NCBI RefSeq assembly: GCF_009914755.1
Contig: NC_060940.1
From: the human T2T-CHM13v2.0 reference genome, Homo sapiens
DNA: 64,000 nucleotides
Strand: one strand, 5' to 3'
Made by a program: the position numbers and the translations under genes
The notes under the pieces: generated by a model
The model's database searches: none
Told to the model about the DNA's origin: nothing
Seen by the model: the letters and a program-made list of their open reading frames with translations, nothing else
Shown here: positions 48,532 through 62,890 of the stretch, piece by piece
Numbering within the stretch: the stretch's first letter is position 1
Layout: each line of letters starts with the position of its first letter

Positions 48532-50994
48532 GCTGAAACATGTGAAAATAAGTTGCAGACATGACACTTAGTCCCTAATATCTCAGCATGGGGCTTTCCT
48601 GAGAGCAAGGACATTTTCCTACACAGCACAATTCCATTATCACACCCAGGAAAAAGAGCAAAAATCCCGTAATATCATCAGACATCCAGTCATTTAAAAA
48701 TTTCTCACTCGCACAAAAACAGGTCTTTCAGAGCTTGGTTTTGCACATCGGGACCCAGCTCATTGTATTTGGCTGTGAAATCTCTTTAGTCTCTATTATG
48801 CGTGGTGTTTTAAAACCAGCTGAGACTCAGTTGCCAACATTTACAAACTGGGAGATTTCACGCAGGAATCCAGATTCCTGATTTCTCATGAGAACTCAGT
48901 GGGTCTGGTGACATTGGATCTGCATTTTCACACAGCAGCTATTGGTTGCCACTAAGTGATGACTGCCCCCTTCAGGAAGCTCTTGGGTTCATCTCAGTCA
49001 CCACCTCCACCCAATTCACTCTGTTATGTTAACTGCAGCCTCTAGAGAGTCAGTCAAGTTGCTCTGCATAGCGCAGACTCCAGTCAGATGGCCTGAGATT
49101 CAATCTCAGCTCAGCCACTTAATAGCTGTGTGACCTTGGGAAGGTTGCTTCACCTCTCTGAGTCTCAGGCTGTTGTCTGCAGGTGGAGGATTCACTGAGA
49201 CAGGGCTTGGAAAACAATGAGCTCAGGACCTGTCACATGGCTACTGCTCAGCAACTATTACCCTTTTATCATCATCCTTATTATTGACATTTTTTACCTC
49301 TTGTCTACTGAAGAGAATTATGTTGTCATCTGGATCTCGGTTACTAACCCTTGCTCTGCTATATTTATTTAACTGTGTGACATTGACCAAGTCTCCTAAC
49401 CTCTCTGGACTTGCATTTGAATCTGAGTGGGAGGGGCTGGCAGGTGCAGAATAGGAGGGAGGGTCTATATGTGACTACGTTAAATACATTGCAAAGTGTT
49501 GGCCTAAGTGGTGTTGAAAAATCCTTGTTGGTTTTGCAATTTTGCCATAAGCTTATGTGTAAATTCTCGTTTAATTTCATACCCTTCCCCCATGAGGTAG
49601 GCTCTATGACAATCTGCTGTTTACGGAGGCACAGATTTCTTTCCAAGAGGACGAACCTGCCCCTGGAGAGTGGAGTGTCGGACTTCAAACCTGGACAGTC
49701 TGAGTGCACGGATCCTTGGCCGCTAGGCTGCACTGCGTTTGAGTGCAAACCTGCAGGAATTCCAGACTTCTCAGATCACAGAGAAGTACGCGATGCCCTG
49801 CAAACAACAGCTCATGCATCGGGGCCAGTTCAAGAAGCTACCGTAAGATGAAGTCTAGGAATGCTTTCTATATCGGCCCCGGCAGGCCCAGACGTCTTGG
49901 TGGAGGCGTTGGTGAGAAATGACCTTGGGGACAGAAGCACATATGTGAAGCTCTCTACACTTGAAGCCAGTAGGGAACACATGTCATTATTTTGTCCACC
50001 TTCAAACAGAATTGGAAATCCAAGTGGCAAATGGCAGATAAGGGTCCTGTGTGTTTTTAAAACATGCTTCAGAAGAACTGGCACCCCTTGGAAAGAAATA
50101 GCAACAAATAATGATAAATGCACCTCCTCCTCTTGCCTTTTGCCTTCCAGTTTCTCTCCTGCCTCTCATCTTTCTATGCATTTGTGGTTATCCTAAGGCT
50201 TTGACCAGCTTCCCAGGCTGGAGAAGTCCATGTGTGCATGCATCTACTGTTGGCCACAGAAAAGTCTTAATTTATTTTTCTTTGCAGGGTATGTTGACTT
50301 CTCTTTGGGCACTGAGTCCTTGCATTTTAAAAATCAACTTCATTGAAGTATAATTTACACAATAAAATGCACACATTGTAAGTGTGTAGTTTGATGAGCT
50401 TGGACAAATGTCTATACCTGTGTAATCATTACTCTAGAAAGCTCACTCATGCCCATTGCCCTTGCATTTTTGAAAAATAATTGATGCTTCTTGTGCAAGA
50501 AGAAGTGCTCAGGAACTCTATTCAAGTGTTTAAAAGTCAACACATAGATTGGACATTGGGATACCTGGAGGCTTTGAAGCAAGATACCGGGACTCTGAGT
50601 TCTGTTTGGAAATATTGGTGTCATATATTTGTCATTGTAATTGGAAAGAAAAGAGATGCACCATTTTCTTCTTGTTCTTTGGATAAGCTAAGCTCATTCC
50701 CATCTTGGAGCTGTTGCACTGGCCCTTGTGTGGCTGGTCCCTCCTCATCACCAGGGTCCCAGCTCCAATGTCATCTTCTCTGAGAAGCCGTCCCTGACCA
50801 GGCTTAGTTGCTTCCCACCCCAGCCTGACACACTCCAGCCCATCACCCAGTCAGTGTTATTTGCTTCATTTTTACATTATGGTCTAAAATTAACTTGCTA
50901 GTTTACTGGTTTACTAGTTTATTATCTGTCTCCTTCCATTATCCCTCTCCTTCCCTCCTTCCCTTCCCCTTCCTTCCTTCCTTCCTTCCTTCCT

Positions 50995-51332
<338 letters not shown>

Positions 51333-51619
51333 TAGTTGGATTCTGAGTGCCTAGTTCAGTATTTGGCAAGTAAGAGTTCTACATTTGATATCCTGGTTTA
51401 CCTGACAACAAAGTATCTCCAAATTCATTCATTCATTCTTTCATTCATTCGATAGGTATTTACTGAACATCTAACTTATGCCCAACACTATGCTGAGAGA
51501 TATGAGATAACCATGAATAGTACAAAAGCAATCCCTGCCCTTGCAGAGCAAACAGCCAAATATCAGGAGACAGGTAACACACAAGGAAATGTACAAGAAA
51601 GTTGAGCCAGCACTTTTAT

Positions 51620-51678
51620 AAGTACTGGTTCTAGTACTAGCTTTCATAAGAAAGTACTGGTTCTAGTACTAGCTTTCA
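51620..51678 (+). repeat. 27-bp direct repeat with 5-bp spacer
   Basis: aagtactggttctagtactagctttca at 51620 and 51652. Confidence 0.9.
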
Positions 51679-51849
51679 GTACTCTCTTGTGAAATTTTCA
51701 ATATTCAGTCATTTCAACCTCAAAAATGGCAACATAATTATGTTTCAACATAATTGTTGTTTTAAACAAACAATTTTGTTTCAACATAATTCTCCTGAAC
51801 TGGGTGGAAGGCTATCAAGAAAAAGCTTAGCTTCTTCTTCAGGTAACTG

Positions 51850-52224
51850 CAAGAGACAGGGTTCTCTAGAGAAACAGAACAAATATACAAAGAGATTCAT
51901 TATAAGGAATTGGAAGTCCAAAATCTCCAGAGCCTCTGTACTTGTACAAGTCTGAAGGCCGACAGGCAGGAGAATTCTCTCTTTTTGGGGCAAAGGTCAG
52001 TGTTTTGTTCTATCCAGGCTTTCAGATGATTGGTTGAGGCTCACTCACATTAGAAGGGCAATCTGTCTTACTGCCATTAGAATGCAACCTGTTTTACTTA
52101 GCTTACTGATTTCAATGTTAATCTATTTCAAGAGCACCCTCACAGAAACACCCAGAATAATGTTTGATGAAATATCTGGGCACCCTGTGACCCAGTCAAG
52201 TTGACACATGACACTAACCATCAC
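51850..52224 (-). mobile_element. MLT2 (ERVL) LTR
   Basis: cagggttctctagagaaacagaac...cccagtcaagttgacacatgacactaaccatcaca. Confidence 0.82.
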
Positions 52225-52994
52225 AGTACGCTTAGGGTCTTGTCACTCGGAGTGTGGCCTGTGAACCAGCAGCATTTTTATCTTCTGGGAGCTTGGGCAC
52301 GATCTCAGGCCCCACCTCCTGCTTATTGATTCAGAATCTGCATTTTAACAAGATCCCCAGGTGATCTGGATGCACCGTAACATCTGAGAAGCACTCAAAC
52401 TATGTGCCGCAAACAAACGCCAAATTCTTAGGCATTTGTGTGGCTTGGAGCACATAGTTGGTTCTTTCTACTGTCTAATTCATTACATTTTTTCAGCACA
52501 TTCCTGTCTATAAAATGTTTTTTTGTATGCACCCCAATATATGCACATTTATAAGCATATGCATGAACCCACGAACAATGATTAGGTACATTATGAAGCA
52601 TACGTAAGGACAGAAATTTCAAACCAAGCTTGAGGGTGAAATAAATATTATTTGAAAACCTGTTGCTAATTGTGATGACTTCATACTATCATTAGTTACT
52701 ATCTCAATGCATAATGTACAGTGACGGGTGAAGTTTATCATTAATAAAAAAAATCTGGATTTTAACCATTCCTCCTGAGCATTTTCATTATTTTTATCTG
52801 ACTTTGTTTTGATCTCAATAGACTGTAATTGTTTTACCCTTGTGAGAAGCTTTTGAAGAGAAGGGAGGGGAGTCCAGTTTAGTGTTTTCTTGTGCTTGCA
52901 TGATCAGTGCTATCTTCAGGCTGTAGTTTTGTTAAGAAGGGGGGCATTTTTAAACCACATGTCTGCTTTGTGATGGTTAGCCAAGTCAAAAGTA

Positions 52995-53074
52995 TTAGGT
53001 CGGTGCAAGAGTAATTGCAGTTTTTGCCATTACTTTCAATGTCAAAAACCACAATTACTTTTACCCCAAGCTAA
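52995..53074. mobile_element. MADE1 mariner MITE (80 bp, TA TSD)
   Basis: ta|ttaggtcggtgcaagagtaattgcagtttttgccattactttcaatgtcaaaaaccacaattacttttaccccaagctaa|ta. Confidence 0.92.
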
Positions 53075-54270
53075 TAAATAATTTAATCTGTGCATCCCCT
53101 TTGGGGGCACATATAATTGCCATACAGGCAGCACATCCCAGCGACGGGACTGCTGGTGGTCATCTTCCTTGGTCCAAGGTTCCTGATTCCTGCCATCTTA
53201 CATGGGCCTTCTGGGAGTGGGTGCCAGCATCAATACACGTAAGACCATACAAAAAAGTTCTGACATTTCCTTCCCCATACCAAATCGGTTTATGCAGTCC
53301 CTGGAGTGAGCGAGCCGCACTTCAAAGACTCTTTGTCCAGGAAATGAAGGTCCCTAAAGACTCTTCATTTCTGCCGCACACTCTAGGAAGGGCTGCCCTG
53401 GGGAAAAGTGTCCTTGGACTTTTGGGCTGAAATTTCACAAATTTTGGTACTCAAGAGAAGCCCAGGGGATCTGCGGATGGCAGAACCGACCAAGTTCACA
53501 GTAGCCATTCTGATTACATACTTTGTTATCCTTTCAAAAGCCTGAATAGTTCGGAGTTTTGGGGCGCGGGAGAGTGGGGGACTTCTTAGAAAATCCGATA
53601 AAAGTGATGGCTTCTTGCTCGAGAAACATGCACAAACACAATTTCTATGCAGTTTCAGAGGATTCAGCAATCCCCTGAAGCTCAGCATGAAGAGCCTGTT
53701 TACAAGTGAAAAAGGCAAGTTAGGTTTGGAAGGCCTCTGTCTTTTGTCTCAAAACTTTCTTTCCCTGTAGCCCCTTTGAGTTTCAGACCCTGCTTATTGC
53801 ACGGAGGTTGCAAGGAGCCCAAACTTTGATTTCAAAGACGTTCAGGATTGCATCTCCTCCCAATCCCCGCACTGCTTAGTGAGTTCACGTGGGCAGTATT
53901 TCACTCTGTGAAACAGGTGATGCTGATGGACACCTTGTCACGTGCCCCTGCTCGTTGGCCCTCTTCCAGTTCCATTGGCCTTCTTGCTTGTTCTCCGAAT
54001 ATCTCAGCTCTTTTCTGTCTCAGGGCCTTTGCACTTGCTGTTCTTTCAGCCTGGAATGCTCTTCCCATCATCTTCACGTGTCCAACTCCTCGCTGTTCAA
54101 GGCCCATCTCCAGTGTCACCCCCTCACAAAGGCATTTCCTGATTTACACCGAATCTCTCCCTCCTTTCTATTTGTAACTTAAAAAAAAAGTATACAGTTC
54201 AGTGGTTTTTGGTATATTTAAAAAGTGTACTTTAAAAAAGTATAGTGTGCGATTCAATGGTTTTTAATAT

Positions 54271-54672
54271 ATAGGTTGGTGCAAAAGTAATTGTGGTTTT
54301 TGTCATTACTTCTTTTTTTTGGCGGGGAGGAGGGGGACTGAGTTTCACTCTTGTTGCCCAGCCTGGAGTGCAGCAGTGTGATCTCAGCTCACTGCAATCT
54401 CCACCTCCTGGGTTCAAGCAATTCTCCTGCCCCAGCCTCCTGAGTAGCCGGGATTACAGGTGCCCACCACCACGCCCAGCTAATTATTGTATTTTTAGTA
54501 GAGATGGGGTTTCACCATGTTGGCCAGGCTGGTCTTGAAATCCTGATCTCAGGTGATCCACCCGTCTTGGCCTCCCAAAGTGCTGGGATTACAGGTGTGA
54601 ACCACTGCAACCAGCCCATTTTTGTCATTACTTCTAATGGCAAAAGTTGCAATTCTTTTTGCACTAATCTAA
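54271..54672. mobile_element. MADE1 MITE split at its centre by an AluS (54314-54617, minus strand)
   Basis: taggttggtgcaaaagtaattgtggtttttgtcattacttc [Alu] tttttgtcattacttctaatggcaaaagttgcaattctttttgcactaatctaa; 17-bp TSD. Confidence 0.92.
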
Positions 54673-54674
54673 TA

Positions 54675-55460
<786 letters not shown>

Positions 55461-56297
55461 TAGTTTATCTACTTAACATGTTTGTTTATTTTTTTTTTAA
55501 ATCTTCTCCCATAGAATATAAGCTCCAGGAAGGCAGCAACCTTGTTCATCTTGGGCACTGCTGTATCTTCAGGGCCTTATATAGTGCATGGCACATAGTA
55601 GACGATAAATATTTGTTGAAACAATGAAAGAATGATAGCTGTTGTTATTCTCTTGTCTCTTAGCAGACTCAGTCTTTTCCTCTCATTCATATGGGGCTCT
55701 TGCTGTTGTGGCTTCTCACAACGCAGCTGTTGTGAGAAGCATGTGCACTAGTCCACGTAAAGTCCCTATGTAATCTCTGTCTCACAGCCGAGATGTCTCC
55801 TCACCAGCTCTAGTTCTTACCCTATCATTCCATTGCCCCGTGATCGACAGTTCCCCATGCTTGGGGCCTGTGTGGCCTTAGCACGGTCTCAAATTTGAAT
55901 GTGTAGCAGATTCTTGCAGGTTGCTGGGTGAACTCCACCCCTGTAGTTTCTGACTCAGGAGGGCTAGATGGATCTGAAAATTTGCATCTTAACAAGTTCC
56001 CAGGCGACACTGCTAGGACACTGACACCGTTGATAGGTGGACTGTTGTTTGAGAATCGCTGCTGTAGTGCGGTAAATTCCAGCAGACAGGCTGGGCCTGC
56101 TGAATTCATGGGTGGTCTGCGTGGGTTGCCCCCAAACAGCTCCTCTTCCGACTCTGTCTCCCAGTGTGTGGGCTTAGAGGGCTCTGGCCAGCTAAGGGCA
56201 TGGGGGTATATCCCCAAACACGGCAATTCTACTTGTGGGTTTGCACCCTGGAGAACTTCTCTGTGGTACAGAGGAGGCCGGTATGAAGATGTTTATT

Positions 56298-56575
56298 GGC
56301 CAGCTGCGGTGGCTCGTGCTTGTAATCCCAACACTTTGAGAGGTGGAGGTGGGAGAATCTCTTGAGGCCAGGAGTTTGAAACCAGCCTGGTCAACATAGT
56401 AAGACCCTGAGACCACGTCTCTACAAAATAAAACAAAGTAGCTGGGCGTGGTGGCATGTGCCTGTGGTCCCAGCTATTCAGGAGGCTGAGGAGTTCGAGG
56501 CTGCTGTGAGCCATGATCACACCACTGCACTCCAGCCTGGGTGACAGAGCAAGACCCTATCTGAAGAAAGAAAAA
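56298..56575 (+). mobile_element. AluJ with internal deletion
   Basis: Forward Alu; TSD aagatgtttatt. Confidence 0.88.
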
Positions 56576-57114
56576 GATGTTTATTGCAGTGTTGTTTATC
56601 GGGGCTGGGGAGTTGGTGACCATCTAGATGGCCATAATTATGGAAATAACAAATGGGGCTGATAGTCTGCTGGTTTGCAATGATGGCAGCTGTTTGTAGC
56701 TGCCATCCATTCTGATGGGTTTCTGATGGGCCAGTTCCTCCACCATACTAATTATTGCATATGAAGGCTCATTCCTGAAGGTAAGTGAAATGTGGGGATT
56801 GCTTATGACGGAATACTATGCAGCGGCTGCAAGGGATGGAAGGGTTTCACATTCAGCAATATGGCTAACACTCACGTGTGAACAAAGGAAGAAACGGAAT
56901 GAGGTTTAGGGTAAAAACACTGTTTATGTAAAAGACACACACATATACAACAATACCTACAAAAATATATATCTTTCAAGGATATTCATATAATCTAAAT
57001 AAACACATGATGGAGTGTAAAGAGAAAAAATGCATTGGTAGGTCTGATCTTGGGTGTGGTATCTGTTTGACAGCTCTCTGGTCTGTTCTACGTATGAATA
57101 CTGAGTTTTTTTTG

Positions 57115-57145
<31 letters not shown>

Positions 57146-57802
57146 GCTAAGTTTACATCTAATCATGAAGGTCACTGTCACAGGTTGAATTGTGTCTCCA
57201 TCCCCCTGCACACTCCAAAAATACTCAGGCTCAAATTCTTGTGCCACAACTTACTGGCTCTGTGACCTTGAGCAGGTCGATTCACCTCTCTGAGCCTTTG
57301 TTTACTTATCTGCAAGGAGTAATAATCCTCATAATGTGTTTTGTGCTGTTTTGTTTAGTTAAGACGTAATGCGATTAGCGTGGTGCCTGGCTTATGGCAA
57401 ATACTCAATAAATGTTATCTACTGTTACTAATACTGGGCCATTGCTGTACATGAAGAGTTTGTATCTAGTGTTAGATATAAAGAGAGAACTAAATCTATG
57501 GAGTGCAGACACATTATATGTATTCATCATTTAATCCTCTTAAAAACTCCGTGGGGTAGATAGTCCTGTTATTACATGGCTGCTGTGAGAAGCATATGCA
57601 GTAGCCTGCGTAAAGTCCCTATGTAACCTCTAATTACAGTGATTTTATTTACTTACGTTTTTCTCTACTCCACCCCTAACTAGAATGGTGGCTCCATGGA
57701 GTAATCCGCCTTGCCATTTGTTCGCGACTGCAGTACTCGGCGCATAGCAGCTGCCAGTCATTGTGTTTTGAATGAACAGATTTAAATTCTTTCTTCTTTC
57801 AG

Positions 57803-57930
57803 GGCCCTTGCGGATGTCATGAGACCACAGGGCCACTGCAACACTGATCACATGGAGAGAGACCTAAACATCGTTGTCCACGTCCAGCATTATGAGAACA
57901 TGGACACGAGAACCCCCATAAATAATCTTC
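57803..57930 (+). CDS. SHISA9: SHISA9 coding exon 2 (128 nt, cytoplasmic tail)
   Basis: Acceptor ttctttcttctttcAG|G and donor CTTC|GTAAGT. Joins exon 1 in frame (AG+G = Arg) and reads ALADVMRPQGHCNTDHMERDLNIVVHVQHYENMDTRTPINNL with no stop, matching the remembered SHISA9 protein. Not listed in the ORF track. Confidence 0.95.
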
Positions 57931-60900
57931 GTAAGTACAGCTGCATGAACCATTTCCAGTCCCATGGGGTGACCTGAGCAGTGGTCACATTGCCAGATTT
58001 CGTGGAGTGTGCTTGGGTTAGTTAAGAGCTCTTTGTGGGCAAGTTAGAAGCTTTCTTTCATGTCTTTTGGATGAAGCTGAATTTAGCATCATCCGATGTC
58101 CGTTGGTTGCTTTCTTTGTTAAATGGCGATCCACTTGGTTGGTTTCACATGATTGATACTTTTAGCTAGCAGACTGCTCGACTGGTTCATCTTGATTGAT
58201 TTATTAACTAGATTAGTGGCCCTCTTGGTTGTTTCATCATGGTTGGATACTTAGTTAACCAATGGATTATTGGGTTAGTTCATTTTAGCTAGTCAATCTG
58301 TTAGCCAATGGTCTGCTAGCTTATACGTCTGCCTCCTGAGGTAGACCAGTTGTGACTTCTAGGTTTCATGCTGTTTTCAATTATGAAATACTAGTTCAGA
58401 AGAATTATGTCTATTATTTGTAAAGCTAGAGTTTCATAAAAATAATCCACAGAATATTCCGTGTGTAGGGGGTGCAGGGAGTGGTTATTGAATTTCGGTC
58501 CTGTTGATTTGAGGTTCCTCTGTATGATTCAACAGCAGCAAATTCGTTTCCATTGTTCTGCCAGGGGAAAAAAAAAACTGTGTTTGCTATTGTGTTTCAA
58601 TAGGTATTTTTCACAGAGCATGACTGGGGATCTTGGTATACTCCCAAAGATTTTCTTTCCTTTCAAAGGTCTGTATATACAATATACATCGTGGAGCTGA
58701 TGCTCTGACCTATGAGACTGGAGAAAAAATAAGATTGTTTAGTTTTTGACAATAATGTAATACTGTGGTTACCCCAGTAATTATGTTTTCAAGTAACCCC
58801 ACATTAAAGTAATGTGGAGGGTTTGGTTTAAAATAACAAAAGCCAGACAATTTAAAGAATGCATTTAGTTGTGGCTGGAGGTTCCTGAAAACAGAAACAA
58901 TTCTAATGATGCACATTTTTACAGACTGGGTCGTCTTTGCTGAGGCTCCACTAGGAGTTGCCTGGGTGTTTTATTTGCTGAATCATAGTTTTGGACTGTT
59001 TGGTTGCAAATTCTTATGCTCAATGGGTAGAGGAAGAAGCCTGTGGAATTTGACCTAGGCAATGTGAATTCTCTGATTCTGCCTAGTGATGATTTTTCAT
59101 GGTTTGGAAATTGTTGCAGTGTGTTAGTAAAGTCAATGTTTGCGTAGTTTGAAAAATAGGCCACCAAATAGGATGTGTTAGGTTTAAATATATTAAATAA
59201 TTTAACATTATTAGTGAACTGGATCACAAAAGGGTATGAGAAATAGCAACATTTTAGAACAAAATACACCAGCAAATGGAAGTTTTATGACCAAATCCCA
59301 TAGCCCCCCGAAGATATGGTAAATGGCATCAATTCTGACACGGCAGTTGCTGTGTCCGATTCTAGCTTTAATGGAAATGAGCACATTTTCTTTCAGTTCG
59401 CACTGGGAAATAAGTTGAACCTAGTCGTGTGCTTCAGTCCCAAACATCGTATACAAATGAACATGATCACAGAGCAGAGAAATTGAAAGGGTGTCAAGTC
59501 CTTGGCTGTAAAAGGTGATTGCTAACAGGATTTTCCCTTGAAGTTCCAATCTCTAGGATGATTTTTGAATCAGCACTCAAATGAAATAACAAACTCATTG
59601 AAGTCACCTAAGTTTCATCATTCCATCAGGTGGGTGGGAAACCTTAATGAATGTTGCTTACATAAGGCGTTTTCATTGAAAGTTGTACTGAAAATGGATT
59701 ACTGCTCAGAGATGGGTGTCCAGGGACAGAAGTCTCTTGCGCCAGGCTGCTTTGGTTTATTTATGATTCTTGCGTTTGGTCTATATTTGTGCCTAAGTAA
59801 TCAGTGATCTTTTACATCAAGGGAGAAAGTGTCTCATAATAGTGTACTGGGTAGCACTAGACTAGAGAATTCCTGGGAAGCTACAGGGGAGAATTCTAGA
59901 AGTCATTCTACAAACACTACATTCTTACAAGAATTGCCGCAGATATTAATTTTATATAATCCTTCCAGGTTGATCCAATTCTTCTTTCCTAGCATTGTTG
60001 GGAATATCTGAATAACAAAAATAAGAAGCATGTGACCTTTTCACCGGTTTATATTAATAAGCTTAATATATGTAACACATTAATTCAGCAGCCGACAGTA
60101 ATAACAGATTTCCTTGTTTATCTTTTTATTGATTTACAGGAGCTACTTACATATTATAGATACAGAAAAACATTTGTATGTTCAGATGAACAGATGATTT
60201 GAGGAGTGCATTGAGAGAATAGGATGAGATAACTGATATTAATCAGTTAAGGGTTTAAGAAGCCAAGCAGTCATCAGAGAACATTTTGATAGCAAAGTAG
60301 AAGGGAAGGTATCCAGTCTGATAAATGGAAAATTAGACCAGCCCTTTGTGCCAGAACCAGAAGGCACCCATTTAATATAAAACCCTTCCCTGGACATTAT
60401 GAGATGTACAAGGATTTACCATTACACAAATTGGAAAGAATGATGCATCTATTTGTGAAACACCAAGAAGGGCACGTCATGCTATTTTCAGTTTGTTCTT
60501 CACTGAACATCCAAGTTGTTAGATTTGACTGAGGATTCACTAGTCTCAAGTTAAATGTCATTTTCATGTCTATTCAATCACCCACTCAACATTGCTTTAA
60601 GAGAATACTAATCTCCATCTATTTCTCTCTTCTTATCTTAATATTAACCTTAGGTCTCTTTCTATTCTTTCTCTTAAGTTTTAGTCAAATGGTAAGATAA
60701 TAGCCAGTGTAGAGATCTGGATATTTGGGAAGAGGGCCATGGAGAGAGACTTGGGTGAAGGTGAACTGGGAGGAAAGAGAACATTTTTGTCAACGTTTCT
60801 ACATTAATTTTCTGGGGTTGATTTTTCCTGTGATATATTGGACTTGCCTTTTTATCTAAAGACGGATTTTTCTTCAGCGGATGCTGTTCATGTTCTTTCC

Positions 60901-61276
60901 AGGCATTCAGTGATATTGCCTAAAAATATTTAGTCTGATAATCAAAAGGGCCTCAACCTCTTTGATTAACAGGATGTAGTTTCCTGTGAGATGGTGATTT
61001 TCTGCAAATGCTCCTCAGCTTCTGTATAATTATCGTTTGTTTTTGAAGGCACATTTTGTCCTTAAGTGCTATGAACATACCCTACCTCCTGCACCCCGAC
61101 TTCCCTGGCTGCCAGTGACACCCCTCTTCCCCTTTCGGGGTTCAGGCTGCATGTAGGTTCCCTTTGGTCTTCTTAAGGATGGAAGACGTGAGTGAGGGGC
61201 TGTGGCTACAGCCTGGATCAATGTTTCTCACTCATTTGTGTTCACAGCACACTTTTTGAAATACAGTTTTTGTTTC

Positions 61277-61442
61277 AAGTCGTGGGTAAGGGGAGGGGGG
61301 AGGGATAGCATCAGGAGATATACCTAATGTAAATGAACAGTTAATGGGTGCAGCACACCAACATGGCACATGTATACATATGTAACAAACCTGCACGTTG
61401 TGCACATGTACCCTAGAACTTAAAGTATATATATATATAAAA
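61277..61442 (+). mobile_element. Heavily 5'-truncated L1PA insertion
   Basis: gggatagcatcaggagatatacctaatgtaaatga...gtaccctagaacttaaagtata; 19-bp TSD gaaatacagtttttgtttc (61258-61276, 61443-61461). Confidence 0.92.
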
Positions 61443-61508
61443 GAAATACAGTTTTTGTTTCTGAGTACTTTTAAAAATATTTACACAGAAAGGTTGCAAA
61501 GATAGTAC

Positions 61509-61774
61509 CCAGAAAAATGAATAAGACCTACTGTTTGATAGCACAACAGGGTGACTATAGTCAATAGTAACTTACTTAACTGTAAGTTTTAAAATAACTT
61601 AAAGAGTGTCATTGGATTGTTTGTAACTGAAAGGATAGATGCTTGAGGGGATGGATGCCCCATTCTCCATGATGTGCTTATTTCACATTGCATGCCTGTA
61701 TGGAAACATCTCATGTACCCTACAAATATATACACCTACTATGTACCAGCAAACATAAAACAACAACAACAACA
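61509..61774 (+). mobile_element. L1MA 3' end nested in an older L1M fragment
   Basis: gaataagacctactgtttgatagcacaacagggtgactatag...catctcatgtaccc; TSD aaagatagtac. Confidence 0.85.
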
Positions 61775-62593
61775 AAAGATAGTACACAGAGTTCTGTATA
61801 CTCCTCACCCACTCTCCCCAATATCAACATTTGACATCACCAAGGTACCTTTGTCAAAACTAAGAAATCAACGTGAGTACTTTCCTTTTAGCTAAACTGT
61901 AGACATGTTTGGATTTTGCTAGTTTCTTCACTAATATTCCTTTTCTGTTCTAGAGTCCCATCCAGGATACCACGTTGTCTTTAATAGAGCACACTTTGAT
62001 CATAGAATTTTGGTTGTGCAGTATTGCATAATGATGTGGTAAAGACAGGAAACAACACTAAACAAGCCAGAAGCGATTACAAAGACTTTACTGCCACAGT
62101 GTAAAACGTGTTTCCTAGTGTCTATAAAAACAACTACATAAAATTACTCTCTTTGGGTCAGTGTTGGAATGGAACCAGTTGTTGGTCTGACTGTGCTCTT
62201 GTATATGTTCATAGGACAAAGACTTTCATATTCCATATACCCTTACAACCACTCTTTGAAACCGGGTTATGCGATAACATAAATCATGATGTTACGTGAT
62301 TTAGTTTGCAGCATAACCTGAGCAAGTAAGGAGAAATGATGACTTGATGTTTTAGAACATAAAATCCATCAGAAAGAGCAGGATGCTATTCCAGCCGGTC
62401 ACACCCTGACTCTCCTAGGACAGTTCCCAAACGGACTTACAAGGAATCCCAAAGCAGACCTGCGGCTTAGTTTCTGAGGACGCTGTATAGCTCATATCTA
62501 GGACCATTTATGAGTCCATATTTACCGAGGCACCTGGGATGTCCTACACTTAACTTTTGAAAATATTCCCAAGTATTTTAACATATTTGGGAG

Positions 62594-62890
62594 ATTGAGC
62601 ATGGCTCAGACCTGTAGTCTCAGTGCTTTAGGAGGCAAAGGCGGGAGGATCGTTTGAGGTCAGGAGTTCGAGACCAGCCTGGGCAATAAGATGAGACCCT
62701 GTCTCTAAAAAAAGTAAAAATAATTTGAAAAGTAATTGGGCATGGTAGTTCACACCAGTAGTGACAGCTAGTTGGGAGGCTGAGGTGGGAGACTGAACCC
62801 AGGAGGTCCAGGCTGCAGTGAGCTATGATCACACCACTGCACTCTAGCCTAGGTGACAGAATGAAACTCTGTCTCTATTAAAAAAAATTA
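62594..62890 (+). mobile_element. AluJ
   Basis: Forward, diverged Alu. Confidence 0.85.
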
